Assembly (NCBI GenBank): GCA_963725545.1
Contig: CAVRZG010000033.1
Coordinates: forward strand, 2,205 to 66,204
DNA length: 64,000 nt
Source: an uncultured Nitrospiraceae bacterium
Lineage (GTDB): Bacteria; Nitrospirota; Thermodesulfovibrionia; Thermodesulfovibrionales; SM23-35
Direction: 5' to 3'
In this document: positions 30,933 to 40,345 of the stretch, piece after piece
Numbering within the stretch: position 1 is the first letter of the stretch
How the letters are laid out: the number at the start of each line of letters is the position of its first letter
Notes under the pieces: generated by a model
Told to the model about the DNA's origin: nothing
The model's input: the letters and a program-made list of their open reading frames with translations, nothing else
The model's database searches: none
Program-made: the position numbers and the translations under genes

Positions 30933-32747
30933 TCATTGCTGAGACGCCTTTTTCAGCAGTTTACGGTAAAGGAGGTTTTCTATAACAAGTCCTGCCTGGT
31001 TAGCCAGCATCACCAATACGTCGCTCTGCACGGGTAATGCCTTCTTCCTGCCGAAATCGCCGTATGTCAGAGTCATGATTTTTCCGTTGCTCTTCATGGG
31101 AAGCAGGATTATGGTCGGGCTCAGGGGGGCGCCGATCCCTTCAAAGAGATATTCCTTCAGGACATTATCATCGCTTTCTCCGAAGAAAAACTGTCCCTTT
31201 GTAATCACGTCCCGAAATACCGAAGGCACTTTAAGAGGAATTCTTATAGACGAAGCCGACTCAGGTCCCTTGCCTTTTCCAGCGTACACGCCCAGTGCCC
31301 TTTCGCCGACAATCTCGGTCGGCCGTACAATAAAGGTAATAGACCGTTCAAATACTTCGGCAACAGACTGCAGAAGCGCCAGTGACACTTCTCTGGGTTC
31401 GTAAATGTGCCGGAGGGTCAGTATCCGGTCTCTTATTTTCCCGAAGTGCCCGCCCGCTGTCCCCGGGTCCTTCTGCCGACTGAAAAACCCTTTGACATAG
31501 GATTTGAGGGCTTCAAGAAATCTTATTGCATCTTCGATGAACACCGCTTTCCGGACTTTTTTTGACGGCTTCGGGAAAACAGCTATAACACCTTCATTGT
31601 ATGACTGAAACGTAAAACCATCGTCCCCGGGCGAAACCAACTGTATGGTCGAGACCTGTGGATACTTTGTCTCCAATTGTCTGCGCATGCTGACTACTTT
31701 CTCCTTGGAAAGCATGCCCTCGGGTTTGTCCGGGTCGTCAAAAATAAGAAGCGGTGAAGCCTTAATCAGGAGGCACTGGGATACAATACGGTCGAGTTCC
31801 TCTTCACCGTCAGTTACAAATACCAGCCCGCCTTCATTCTTGCATATCGTCAGGATAGAATGCTTTATGAACTCATCTTCACTGAAAAGGATAAGGGCCT
31901 GAGCCTGGCCCTCCTGTCTCGAAGAACCATCATAGAGACTAATGCCTGCGCGGGAACTCTCCAGGAAGGAGACAAAGGCTTCCTGTTCTTCCTCAGAAAA
32001 ATCCGACAATGTCTCTTTTATTTTCTGGCGGTGCATTTCAATAGGATCAAAGACCTCATTCTCAAGGGAAAACTGCGGGATTTTTCTCTCAAGGTGGTCG
32101 AGATCCGCAAGCCCCAGATCATCAGCAGAAAGGACTGATTCCTTTCCTTCTTTTGAGGCGGCATCGTCCGGCGAAATCACATCTGCATACAAATCTTCAT
32201 ATGACGGGATAGCCCGTCCTGACTGCCGGTCACGTTCCCTCTCGTCGAAGATACGGAGAGCTTCCATTAATACCATTTGAGCGTCAAGGCTTGTTGCCTG
32301 CTCCATTTTGCCGATCGGATAGCTGCATTCGGGGGTTACAGCTATATCTTCCGTATCAAGGGTGAAGGTCCCCTCGGTCCAGCTTATCAGTTCAACGATA
32401 GTTATCTCTATCAGCTTCCTCAGCGCCTTTGATGCTTCTTCATGCGTAATTTTACCAAGTTCTATGAGAGTGGCAAGCAAAGGTTTGCGGTTATTGCCGG
32501 ATTTTTTCTGTACTTCGAGTGTTTTTTCGAGATCTTCCTGGGTTACGGCATTCATTCTGACCAGAACCGTGCCGATGCGGACCTTGTTATTGAGATGACT
32601 TGCGCCCACAATATAGCCGTCACTGAAAATAATGCGGCTTTCACCCCTGCTTCCCCTCACAGAAAAAGTGCCGGACTTTCTCGTGGTATGAAGCAGTTGA
32701 ATAATGTCAACTATATTTAGGTGTTCTAAATCTCCGGTAAAAGCCAT
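30933..32747 (-). CDS. DUF4388 protein with receiver-like and GAF-like regions
   Basis: MAFTGDLEHLNIVDIIQLL..KSG, LMEALRIFDE, C-term LLPM..LTYGD..LANQAG. Confidence 0.82.
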   Translation of the reverse strand: MAFTGDLEHLNIVDIIQLLHTTRKSGTFSVRGSRGESRIIFSDGYIVGASHLNNKVRIGTVLVRMNAVTQEDLEKTLEVQKKSGNNRKPLLATLIELGKITHEEASKALRKLIEITIVELISWTEGTFTLDTEDIAVTPECSYPIGKMEQATSLDAQMVLMEALRIFDERERDRQSGRAIPSYEDLYADVISPDDAASKEGKESVLSADDLGLADLDHLERKIPQFSLENEVFDPIEMHRQKIKETLSDFSEEEQEAFVSFLESSRAGISLYDGSSRQEGQAQALILFSEDEFIKHSILTICKNEGGLVFVTDGEEELDRIVSQCLLIKASPLLIFDDPDKPEGMLSKEKVVSMRRQLETKYPQVSTIQLVSPGDDGFTFQSYNEGVIAVFPKPSKKVRKAVFIEDAIRFLEALKSYVKGFFSRQKDPGTAGGHFGKIRDRILTLRHIYEPREVSLALLQSVAEVFERSITFIVRPTEIVGERALGVYAGKGKGPESASSIRIPLKVPSVFRDVITKGQFFFGESDDNVLKEYLFEGIGAPLSPTIILLPMKSNGKIMTLTYGDFGRKKALPVQSDVLVMLANQAGLVIENLLYRKLLKKASQQ

Positions 32748-32857
32748 TTCAGGTATATGACTAATATAGAGTCAGTCAGGTATAGTGAAGAATAACACAA
32801 AAAAAGCAGACGGGTAAACAGATTAACAGTCTCATAATAGTAAAGAGACTATTTTAA

Positions 32858-32936
32858 AAAATCCCTCTTAACTTACCTTTGCTAAATCCTGAAAGCTTTC
32901 GGGACTCTTTTGCAATGATGGGTAAGGGGAGATTTT
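32858..32936. repeat. degenerate AAAATCCC..GATTTT palindromic repeat with embedded 18-bp palindrome
   Basis: AAAATCCCTCTTAAC..TCCTGAAAGCTTTCGGGA..GGTAAGGGGAGATTTT. Confidence 0.6.
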
Positions 32937-33020
32937 CTGATTTACAAATGGCGCCCGTCAGACGAACAAATGGATATCGTTTGCATGAGAGGTTATAATT
33001 TAGTATAAAGGATCCCGGAG

Positions 33021-33680
33021 ATGCCTTATATGGAGTTGCACTTTTTATCTATTATTCTTCTCTCGGTTTCATCGAGCCTCGACAATTTCGGAGTCGGTAT
33101 ATCCTATGGGCTAAGGAATGTCTGTATTCCTATGTATCTAAACGTGTTCATAGCCTGCGTCAACAGCTCCGGCACTTTGCTGGCAATGCTCTTCGGTGCG
33201 GGGATTTCAGGCTTTATGCGGCCTTCAGTTGCGGGCTATGCCGGCGCCTTTCTCCTGATCGGCGCGGGGTCATGGATTTTTCTGATGGAACTCAGGAAAA
33301 AGGAAACTCAAAAGTCTTCTCCTCCGGCACCTTCCGGGAGAGCGCCCATCCGGGAGGGAGGTATGTTGACAAGGGTTTATTCGTTTATCGATGACCCTTT
33401 TGCCGCGGGGTTCCTCTGTTCAGGCAAGGTGACGATGAGGGAGGCTGCCATTCTTGCGTCAGCACTTACACTGAGTAATGTGTCTACAGGAATAGCAGCC
33501 GGTATGCTGGGGTATAGCCTGGCTCTCACGACAGCAGCGGCTTTTATGTTCAATGTCCTGGCGATCTCAACGGGACAGTGGATAGGACGTTTTTCCGGCG
33601 CCGGAATGATAAAAGGAATTTCAGGCATAACATCAGGTTTGCTTCTTGTCTTAATCGGTCTTTACGAGATAGCCGGATGA
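33021..33680 (+). CDS. MntP/YtaF family membrane protein (putative manganese efflux)
   Basis: SSSLDNFGVG and duplicated LTLSN..GI motif, 6 TM. Confidence 0.8.
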   Translation: MPYMELHFLSIILLSVSSSLDNFGVGISYGLRNVCIPMYLNVFIACVNSSGTLLAMLFGAGISGFMRPSVAGYAGAFLLIGAGSWIFLMELRKKETQKSSPPAPSGRAPIREGGMLTRVYSFIDDPFAAGFLCSGKVTMREAAILASALTLSNVSTGIAAGMLGYSLALTTAAAFMFNVLAISTGQWIGRFSGAGMIKGISGITSGLLLVLIGLYEIAG

Positions 33681-33774
33681 CAGCAGGCGGGGTTCACTCT
33701 TTCCGCTGCAACCTATTCATAAATTACGATACAATTACCATTTCTTGATATAACTTTACAAGAAGACTAAGGAG

Positions 33775-33895
33775 TGTCTTGTCCACCCTCACCCTTACCC
33801 TCTCCCCTCAAGGGAGAGGGGAGTAAACACGCCCCTCCCTTGAGGGGAGGGGTTGGGGAGGGTGTTAAAATATTAACTTTATGGACAGAATCTAA
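33775..33895. repeat. CCCTCACCC-type palindromic repeat within CTGTCCA-type ends
   Basis: CCCTCACCCTTACCCTCTCCCCTCAAGGGAGAGGGG..; right end TTTATGGACAGAATCTA matches the end of 48891-49025. Confidence 0.75.
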
Positions 33896-33911
33896 GGAGA
33901 TGCAAGGAAAG

Positions 33912-36179
33912 ATGACGGAGAAATATTTTTCGATTATAGCGAAAGAGCTTGGAATCAAGGATGCCCAGGTCAAGGCGACTTCCGTATTGCTTCAGGATGG
34001 GGCGACAGTCCCATTTATTGCAAGGTACCGGAAAGAAGCAACTGACAGTCTTGACGAAGTTGCGGTCACCTCAATCAGGGACAGGATAGAACAGCTGTCG
34101 GAACTGGACAAGCGGCGTGAGGCAGTCCTCAAATCTCTCGATGAGCGGGGACTCCTGAATGACGAGTTAAAAGAAAAGGTTGAAGGGGCGTCTTCCATGA
34201 CGGAACTCGAAGATATCTATCTGCCTTTCAGGCCGAAGAGACGCACACGCGCGATGGCCGCAAAAGAGAAGGGACTTGAACCGCTCGCGGAAATGATTTT
34301 CAGACAGGGTGAAATGGACCCGGAGCATGAGGCATCGGCCTTTGTCGATCCGGAGAAAGGGGTCGAATCCATTGGAGATGCCCTTGCAGGCGCGCGTGAC
34401 ATTATCGCAGAGTGGGTCAGTGAAGACCAGCATGCCCGGCAGAGGATGCGCGAACTGTACATACAAAAAGGCATACTGAAATCAAAGGTTGTTTCCGGCA
34501 AAGAGGAAGACGGGATAAAGTACCGCGACTATTTTGAATGGGAAGAACCGTTTTCAGGCGCTCCTTCGCACAGGGTCCTCGCAATACGCCGCGGAGAGAA
34601 AGAGGGGTTTCTGAGCCTCCGGATACGTTCCGCCTGAAGATGAGGCGTATTGCTCTCCTTGAGGGCATCTTCATCAAGGACGCCTTGCCTGCATCTCAGC
34701 AGGTAAGGACAGCTGTGCATGACAGCTATAAAAGGCTTCTCTCGCTCTCGATAGAGGCTGAAATGCGCCTCGCTTCCAAGAAACGCGCAGATGAACAGGC
34801 AATAAAGGTCTTCGTGGAAAATTTGAGGCAGCTTCTGCTTTCCCCTCCGCTCGGCAGGAAGAACATCCTTGCGATTGATCCCGGTTTCAGGACGGGCTGC
34901 AAGGTGGTGTGTCTTGACAGACAGGGGAAACTTCTTGTCAGTGATACTATCTATCCGCATTTCTCGGAGAAGGATGCGTCAGAGGCAGGCGCAAAGATCA
35001 GGGAGCTCTGCGACAGGTTCGGGATAGAAGTGATCGCAATAGGAAACGGCACCGCGGGGAGGGAGACCGAAACCTTTGTCAGGTCCCTTGATCTGCCCGG
35101 AAACATAGTCGTTGTAATGGTAAACGAGAGCGGCGCGTCTATCTATTCAGCGTCCGACGTAGCGCGGGAAGAGTTCCCTGATCAGGACGTGACTGTGCGG
35201 GGTTCTGTCTCGATCGGGAGGAGGCTGATGGACCCACTGGCAGAGTTGGTGAAGATCGACCCGAAGTCCATAGGCGTCGGACAGTACCAGCACGACGTCG
35301 ACCAGCCTGCGTTGAGGAAGAGCCTCGATGATGTCGTGGTCAGCTGCGTGAACGCGGTGGGAGTGGAAGTCAATACTGCCAGCAGGGAACTCCTTACCTA
35401 TGTATCCGGGCTGGGTCCTCAGCTTGCACGAAATATCATTGAATTCAGAAACAGCAACGGACCTCTAAGATCGAGGAAAGAGCTCAGAAAGGTGCCGCGC
35501 CTCGGGCCGAAGGCCTTTGAGCAGGCAGCCGGGTTCCTGCGCATCAGAGATGGTGAGAACCCGCTCGACGGAAGCGCCGTGCACCCGGAGAGTTATCACA
35601 TCGTTGACGCGATGGCTAAGGACCTCGGGTGTTCCGTCTCGGATCTGATGCGCGAGGACGAACTCAGAAAAACCATTGATCTCAGCAGGTATGTGACCGA
35701 TAGCGTCGGCATCCCAACCCTGACCGATATAATGGCCGAACTTGCTCGTCCGGGCCGTGACCCCCGTGAACAATATGAATCATTTCAGGTTTGCAGACGG
35801 AGTTGAGAAGATCGAAGACGTCAGGACAGGCATGAGACTTCCCGGCATTGTAACCAATATCACTGCCTTCGGTGTCTTTGTGGACATAGGTGTGCATCAG
35901 GACGGGCTTGTTCATATAAGCGAGCTTTCCGACAGGTATGTCAAAGACGCCGGCGAAGTAGTCAAAGTCCACCAAAAGGTGACCGTGACAGTCCTCGATG
36001 TGGACCTGCGGAGGAAAAGGATCGCACTCTCAATGAAGAACCCCCAGGGGAAACCCAAAGAACTGCCGAAGGAAGCGGAAAGAAAAAAAGTGAAGGAGAG
36101 AGATTCACTTGATAACAGGGAGAAAAAACCGGCGCGCTTTGCAAATAACCCTTTTTTTGAAGCCCTGAAGAAAAAATAG
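33912..36179 (+). CDS. tex: Tex family transcription accessory protein (two frameshifts)
   Basis: [47 protein letters not shown]-terminal S1. Confidence 0.93.
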
Positions 36180-36206
36180 ACGGGGCGGTCCTTCAGTTGT
36201 CGTGCA

Positions 36207-36438
36207 TCATTGCTGTCCTATATATGATTGGAAAGGTATATGGCTCAATTTCTGAATCAAAAAACTACCTGTGTTTTTGTTCAAACCTTTATCTGACTTC
36301 AATGTTAATGCAATATTCAAAGCTGAGACCTCCGCTTCGTCTTCGGTCTCCTCAAGGTTGCCCGTGATTTTGCTTCAGAAATCGAGCCATATACCTTATT
36401 CCCCGGCGATTTGAAATATCTGTTTGGGACAGGTATGA
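36207..36438 (+). repeat. 232-bp nested inverted-repeat element, copy 4
   Basis: TCATTGCTGTCC..GGGACAGGTATGA ends; inner IR about 36235-36262 / 36368-36395. Confidence 0.9.
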
Positions 36439-36556
36439 CGGGGCATAGCAAATTTTCCGTGATGTAATATCTGTGAACTTGAACGGAAATCGTATATAAT
36501 TATTTTTAAGGCTTTTATTAAAGTTTCGTAATAAGTTTGCTTGAGGAGTGGAGAAT

Positions 36557-36796
36557 ATGCCGGAGACAGATGAAAGACTGAAGGAGATTTCAGACAAAAT
36601 CAGCGCCCACATAACAGCCGTGAAAGGGACGCTGGAGCTTCTGGATGCCTCTGTTTCAGAGGACGATTTGCGCAACCTTATTCTCAAGGCTGTCGAGCGG
36701 ATGGACAGAATGCAGGCGTTATCCGATGAAATGTTTGCCGTACTGAAACAGGTGCTTGAGAAAATTGGTGAAGCACAAGACGGCAAAGAAAAGTAA
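36557..36796 (+). CDS. small helical protein resembling an isolated HisKA (DHp) domain
   Basis: ISDKISAHITAVKGTLELL..LILKAVERM..L.DEM; GGAG RBS. Confidence 0.55.
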   Translation: MPETDERLKEISDKISAHITAVKGTLELLDASVSEDDLRNLILKAVERMDRMQALSDEMFAVLKQVLEKIGEAQDGKEK

Positions 36797-36910
36797 TCCC
36801 GGAAAATGCATGCCTTCAGATTGACATTAACTACGAGGTTTGTTACCATGATTCAGCCTTGCAGAATATGGCATCTTTAAGATGCTAATACTTTTTAGAA
36901 TGAGGTGAAA

Positions 36911-37128
36911 ATGAAAGCCAAGACGATCACTAAGAAAGTGAAGAAGACGGAGAAGCAAGTGTGCAAAAAAGGTGAAGAGTGTGAAGAAAGAGGTTGCCAA
37001 GCAGGTAAAGAGCGTCAAAAAGACAGTTGCAAAAAAAGTAATGTGTAAAGAAGACAGTTGCAAAAAAGGCAAAGGTCGTCAAGAAAGCGGTTGCAAAAAA
37101 GGCAAAAGCCGTCAAGAAGTTGGTCTAA
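36911..37128 (+). CDS. Lys/Ala/Val-rich histone-H1-like repeat protein (two frameshifts; absent from ORF track)
   Basis: GAGGTG RBS, ATG 36911, 33-nt repeats encoding VKKxVAKKxKx, TAA at 37126-37128. Confidence 0.7.
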
Positions 37129-37131
37129 TAA

Positions 37132-39283
37132 TTAGAGGGGCGGCATAACAAAGATATTCTTTGTGCTTATTACAATGCTCCTGATTTCCTGAATCTTGCG
37201 GAGCTGTTCAAGATAGGACGAGATCACCTGAGGAGATTTCTGGTAATAGGCCAATCTGTACAGCGCTTTTACATGATCGTTGTCTACGTTGATTATCTCA
37301 AGATTTACGTTCTTAAATACTGAAGATATGGCGTGGGTAATGCCCGAAATATCGTCTGTCTCAATCCTCATATAAATCATGCTGTCAATGGGTTTGTTCT
37401 TCCTGAACTTGACGGAGAAAAATCTGTTTTCTTCAAATCCCTCTGCTTTTTTGCAGCTGCCCGCATGCACTATGAATCTCGTCTTTACAAGGATGCCCCT
37501 GTGAGGACCATTGTTCAGAGTGGGCACACAAAAAGGACATGCAACATAGTTGTCATCGACAAAATCGAGTTCCACGGGAAGTCCCTTTTGACTTGAAGAG
37601 AAAAAATTCCAGACCTTAAAAAAAGACTCTTCTTTTTTCCTCAATATGGAAAGGCGTTCTCTGTCGATCAACTGAAGCTCAACAATAAGCCTTTCAGCTT
37701 CAGGCACAGCCTGAAGTATCCCTATGATCTTTTCCATGCGCTCTTTTTCCGAACGGTATACCTCCTCCAGTTTCTGCCAGAACTCCTGGGGGTTTATGTG
37801 GAAGCTGAAGAGAATCTTCTCCGTGTAGGCTTTTGCAGTATTAAAGAGGGCCTTGATATGAGCATTTTCAAAATGCTTTTTCAATACCCTTTGTGCCTTG
37901 GGTGAGATGCACTTCTTAAGAAACTCCTCGGAGGCCGTAATCGTATTTTTTGTATACACCTCCACAACATTCCCGTCATTTAACTCATGCCCCAGCCCTA
38001 CACGCACGCCGTCGACTACCCCATAATCCGCCCTCAACCCCAAATCCGAATGTATCTTGAAACGCAAAGTCAAGGACAGTGGAGCCTTTCTTGAGATCGA
38101 TGATGGTCTTTCCATCTTTCGCATATACCTGCATATCATCTTTTTCTATGAAGGGAATTAATGTCTTCACATCCATGAAATTGGTTTCATTGACCAGATA
38201 TTCCTGAAGGTGCTCCATCAGCTTTCTGTTGATGGTCGTATCTTTGCTGAACCCGCCGTATACAAGGATGCCTTTTCTGTTAAATTCGTTGAACCTGTCT
38301 GTTGTGACGAGCAGGGGGACCTTAACACCATCCACTACGACCGTGTATGTAATCCCCCTGAAGTTGTTGAACCTGGGGACGGATATGTTGTCCTCGATCG
38401 TGCCGGCTACTTTGTAACTGCTGTTGATGAGCCACATCAATTTGTATGCATTCTCTACGGAATCAACCACAAGCTTGAAGAGCAGTACATTAGGTATCTG
38501 CATAAACCTGTAGTCGGGAATGTCGAGAAACGGTTTCCACTGGACCCTGATCTTCTTTATTCTCAGGTCGTTTTCATAACACCTTTCAAGGATATACATC
38601 TTGAAGATATCTATGACCTGGGCTGCCTCGGTCTGTATTTCCTCAAGTCTTTTTGAAAATGCATTGAATTTGTCCGGATGCAGATATGAAGCACAAAGAT
38701 GTTCTATTTCATTTGCAATGTCCAGGAGACAGAGCCTTACACAGAGTTTATGGTAGATATCCATGGACTCACCGGCGATAACTACCCTTTTATCGGCGGC
38801 GAGATGCGCCAATGTTCTCAGATTATGCAGCCTGTCAAATATTTTTATGTAGGCGACCCTCGGATTGTTAATCGTATGTGAGAAGAACTTATCGTATGAC
38901 TCATCCTTGTGCTCTTTTATCTTCGTCAGTCCCTCTACGGTCTCGGCCACCTCTTCGCCGAACATTCCGGCGATCTCATCCCGGCCGACTCTGGCGTCTT
39001 CAATGACGTCATGGAGCAGACAGCTGTCGATTGAGACCTTATCAACCATGCCGGTTTCCGCAGCAATGAGGGCCACGTTCAGAGGGTGGAATATATACGG
39101 TTCTCCGCTTTTGCGCCACTGGTCTTTATGGGCCGATGACGCATATTCAACAGTCTTGTTGACATCCTCGTATATTTCAGGATACGTCCTGTTTCCCTTG
39201 ACAACAGAAGCTGCCTCATGTTCGGCAATATTGCGGGATATCTTTTCGATCAGCTTTTTCTGCAAGACTATGTCGTCATCCAT
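37132..39283 (-). CDS. long RelA/SpoT homologue: HD hydrolase, degenerate synthetase, TGS, Cys motif, ACT-like (one frameshift)
   Basis: H..Q.RKSGEPYIFHP, LLHDVIED, DRLHNLRTL; GSTVLDFAF.IH; CPFCVP..H..C. Confidence 0.85.
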
Positions 39284-39864
39284 ACCGTGCCCTTAAGTGC
39301 ATAGTTACCTTATAACCTTGTGCCTCCTTTATATTATTCCATTAATATAAAATTTACCATTGCGGGACCGGGCCTGTGATCGGCCCTCTAATTTGCAGCT
39401 TCAAGTTTGCAAAATGAACCTGCTTTTTGATTATGAACGGCCTTTTCGGGGATAATAGAAACAGAAGGTTCAGACTGCGGGTTTTTTATCAGACCTGACG
39501 CATTTCTGTTTATTCGCAGTTTCGAGAGAACTGTAATTCAATCGATTCCTTCATCCAGACCGAACTCGGACAAGTTGCTGGCTACTTCGTCAAGTCCGCA
39601 TATTCTACGCTCGTGCGGCGGCGCGACCTTCGCACCGAGGCACAGGGAGTCTTTCAAAGCGAAATGAATACCGGTCATTTGGAGACCAGTATTTGTTTGT
39701 TCCATCTATACGTAACAAACTGAGAGAGATCCGATAAATAGCAGTGAAAGGTCCAAGGTTGACTGCTCACACAAAATGAGACGGCGGCTGATACCCACAA
39801 TCTGCGATCCTCAATCCAATTACCGTTGCCAGAACCTTTCTCATAAACTCATTGGAGATGCGCG

Positions 39865-40340
39865 TTATCTTCTTCTTAGCAAGACAACAAGAGACCGAGC
39901 TTTTACTGCGTAGGTAAGCGACTGCAAAACCGGCTCTGCGCCTGCCTCGGAAAAGTCATGAGCTGGTGGCAGGCTTGTGTCCGTAATGCGCTGCCATTCA
40001 CCAGCCTGTCCCTGCTGGATCGTGAATAGAAGGTCCTGCACGTGGGCATTTATCATCACATAGATATCGTCATCATTTTGCGAGGCCCCATGCAGACATG
40101 TCCCGTCTTGTTCTTCAGGTAATCCATTTGATAGACGTAGGCGGGCGTTACAACATCCCGCTCAGAATACAGGAGTAATTTCACACCCGTTGCGTTTTCG
40201 GAATAGAGAGTGAAATTGTAAGCCTCTTCGTGCTCGATCCAGGTCACCCCGAGAGGAGATGGAGATCCTTCCCTTTCAGTCCAGATGTTCTCTTGTTTCC
40301 TTTGTGATTCGCCGTTCAATCGTTTTGCTCCCGTCGATCC
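39865..40340 (-). pseudogene. glycogen debranching enzyme (GlgX-like) remnant with large internal deletion
   Basis: N-term EGSPSPLGVTW..YNFTLYSENA joined directly to C-term LHGASQNDDDIYVMIN..ARSLVVL. Confidence 0.75.
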
Positions 40341-40345
40341 TCCGC

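Noticed and set aside
33774..33911. N-terminal extension of Tex
   Set aside because: Derived from the palindromic repeat; the real start is ATG at 33900 or 33912
36945..37125. 33-nt periodic sequence as a CRISPR array
   Set aside because: No unique spacers, variation is codon-like, and no cas genes
39420..39860. Intergenic stretch between RSH and the glgX remnant as an ncRNA or gene
   Set aside because: No recognisable motif, ORF or convincing structure by eye
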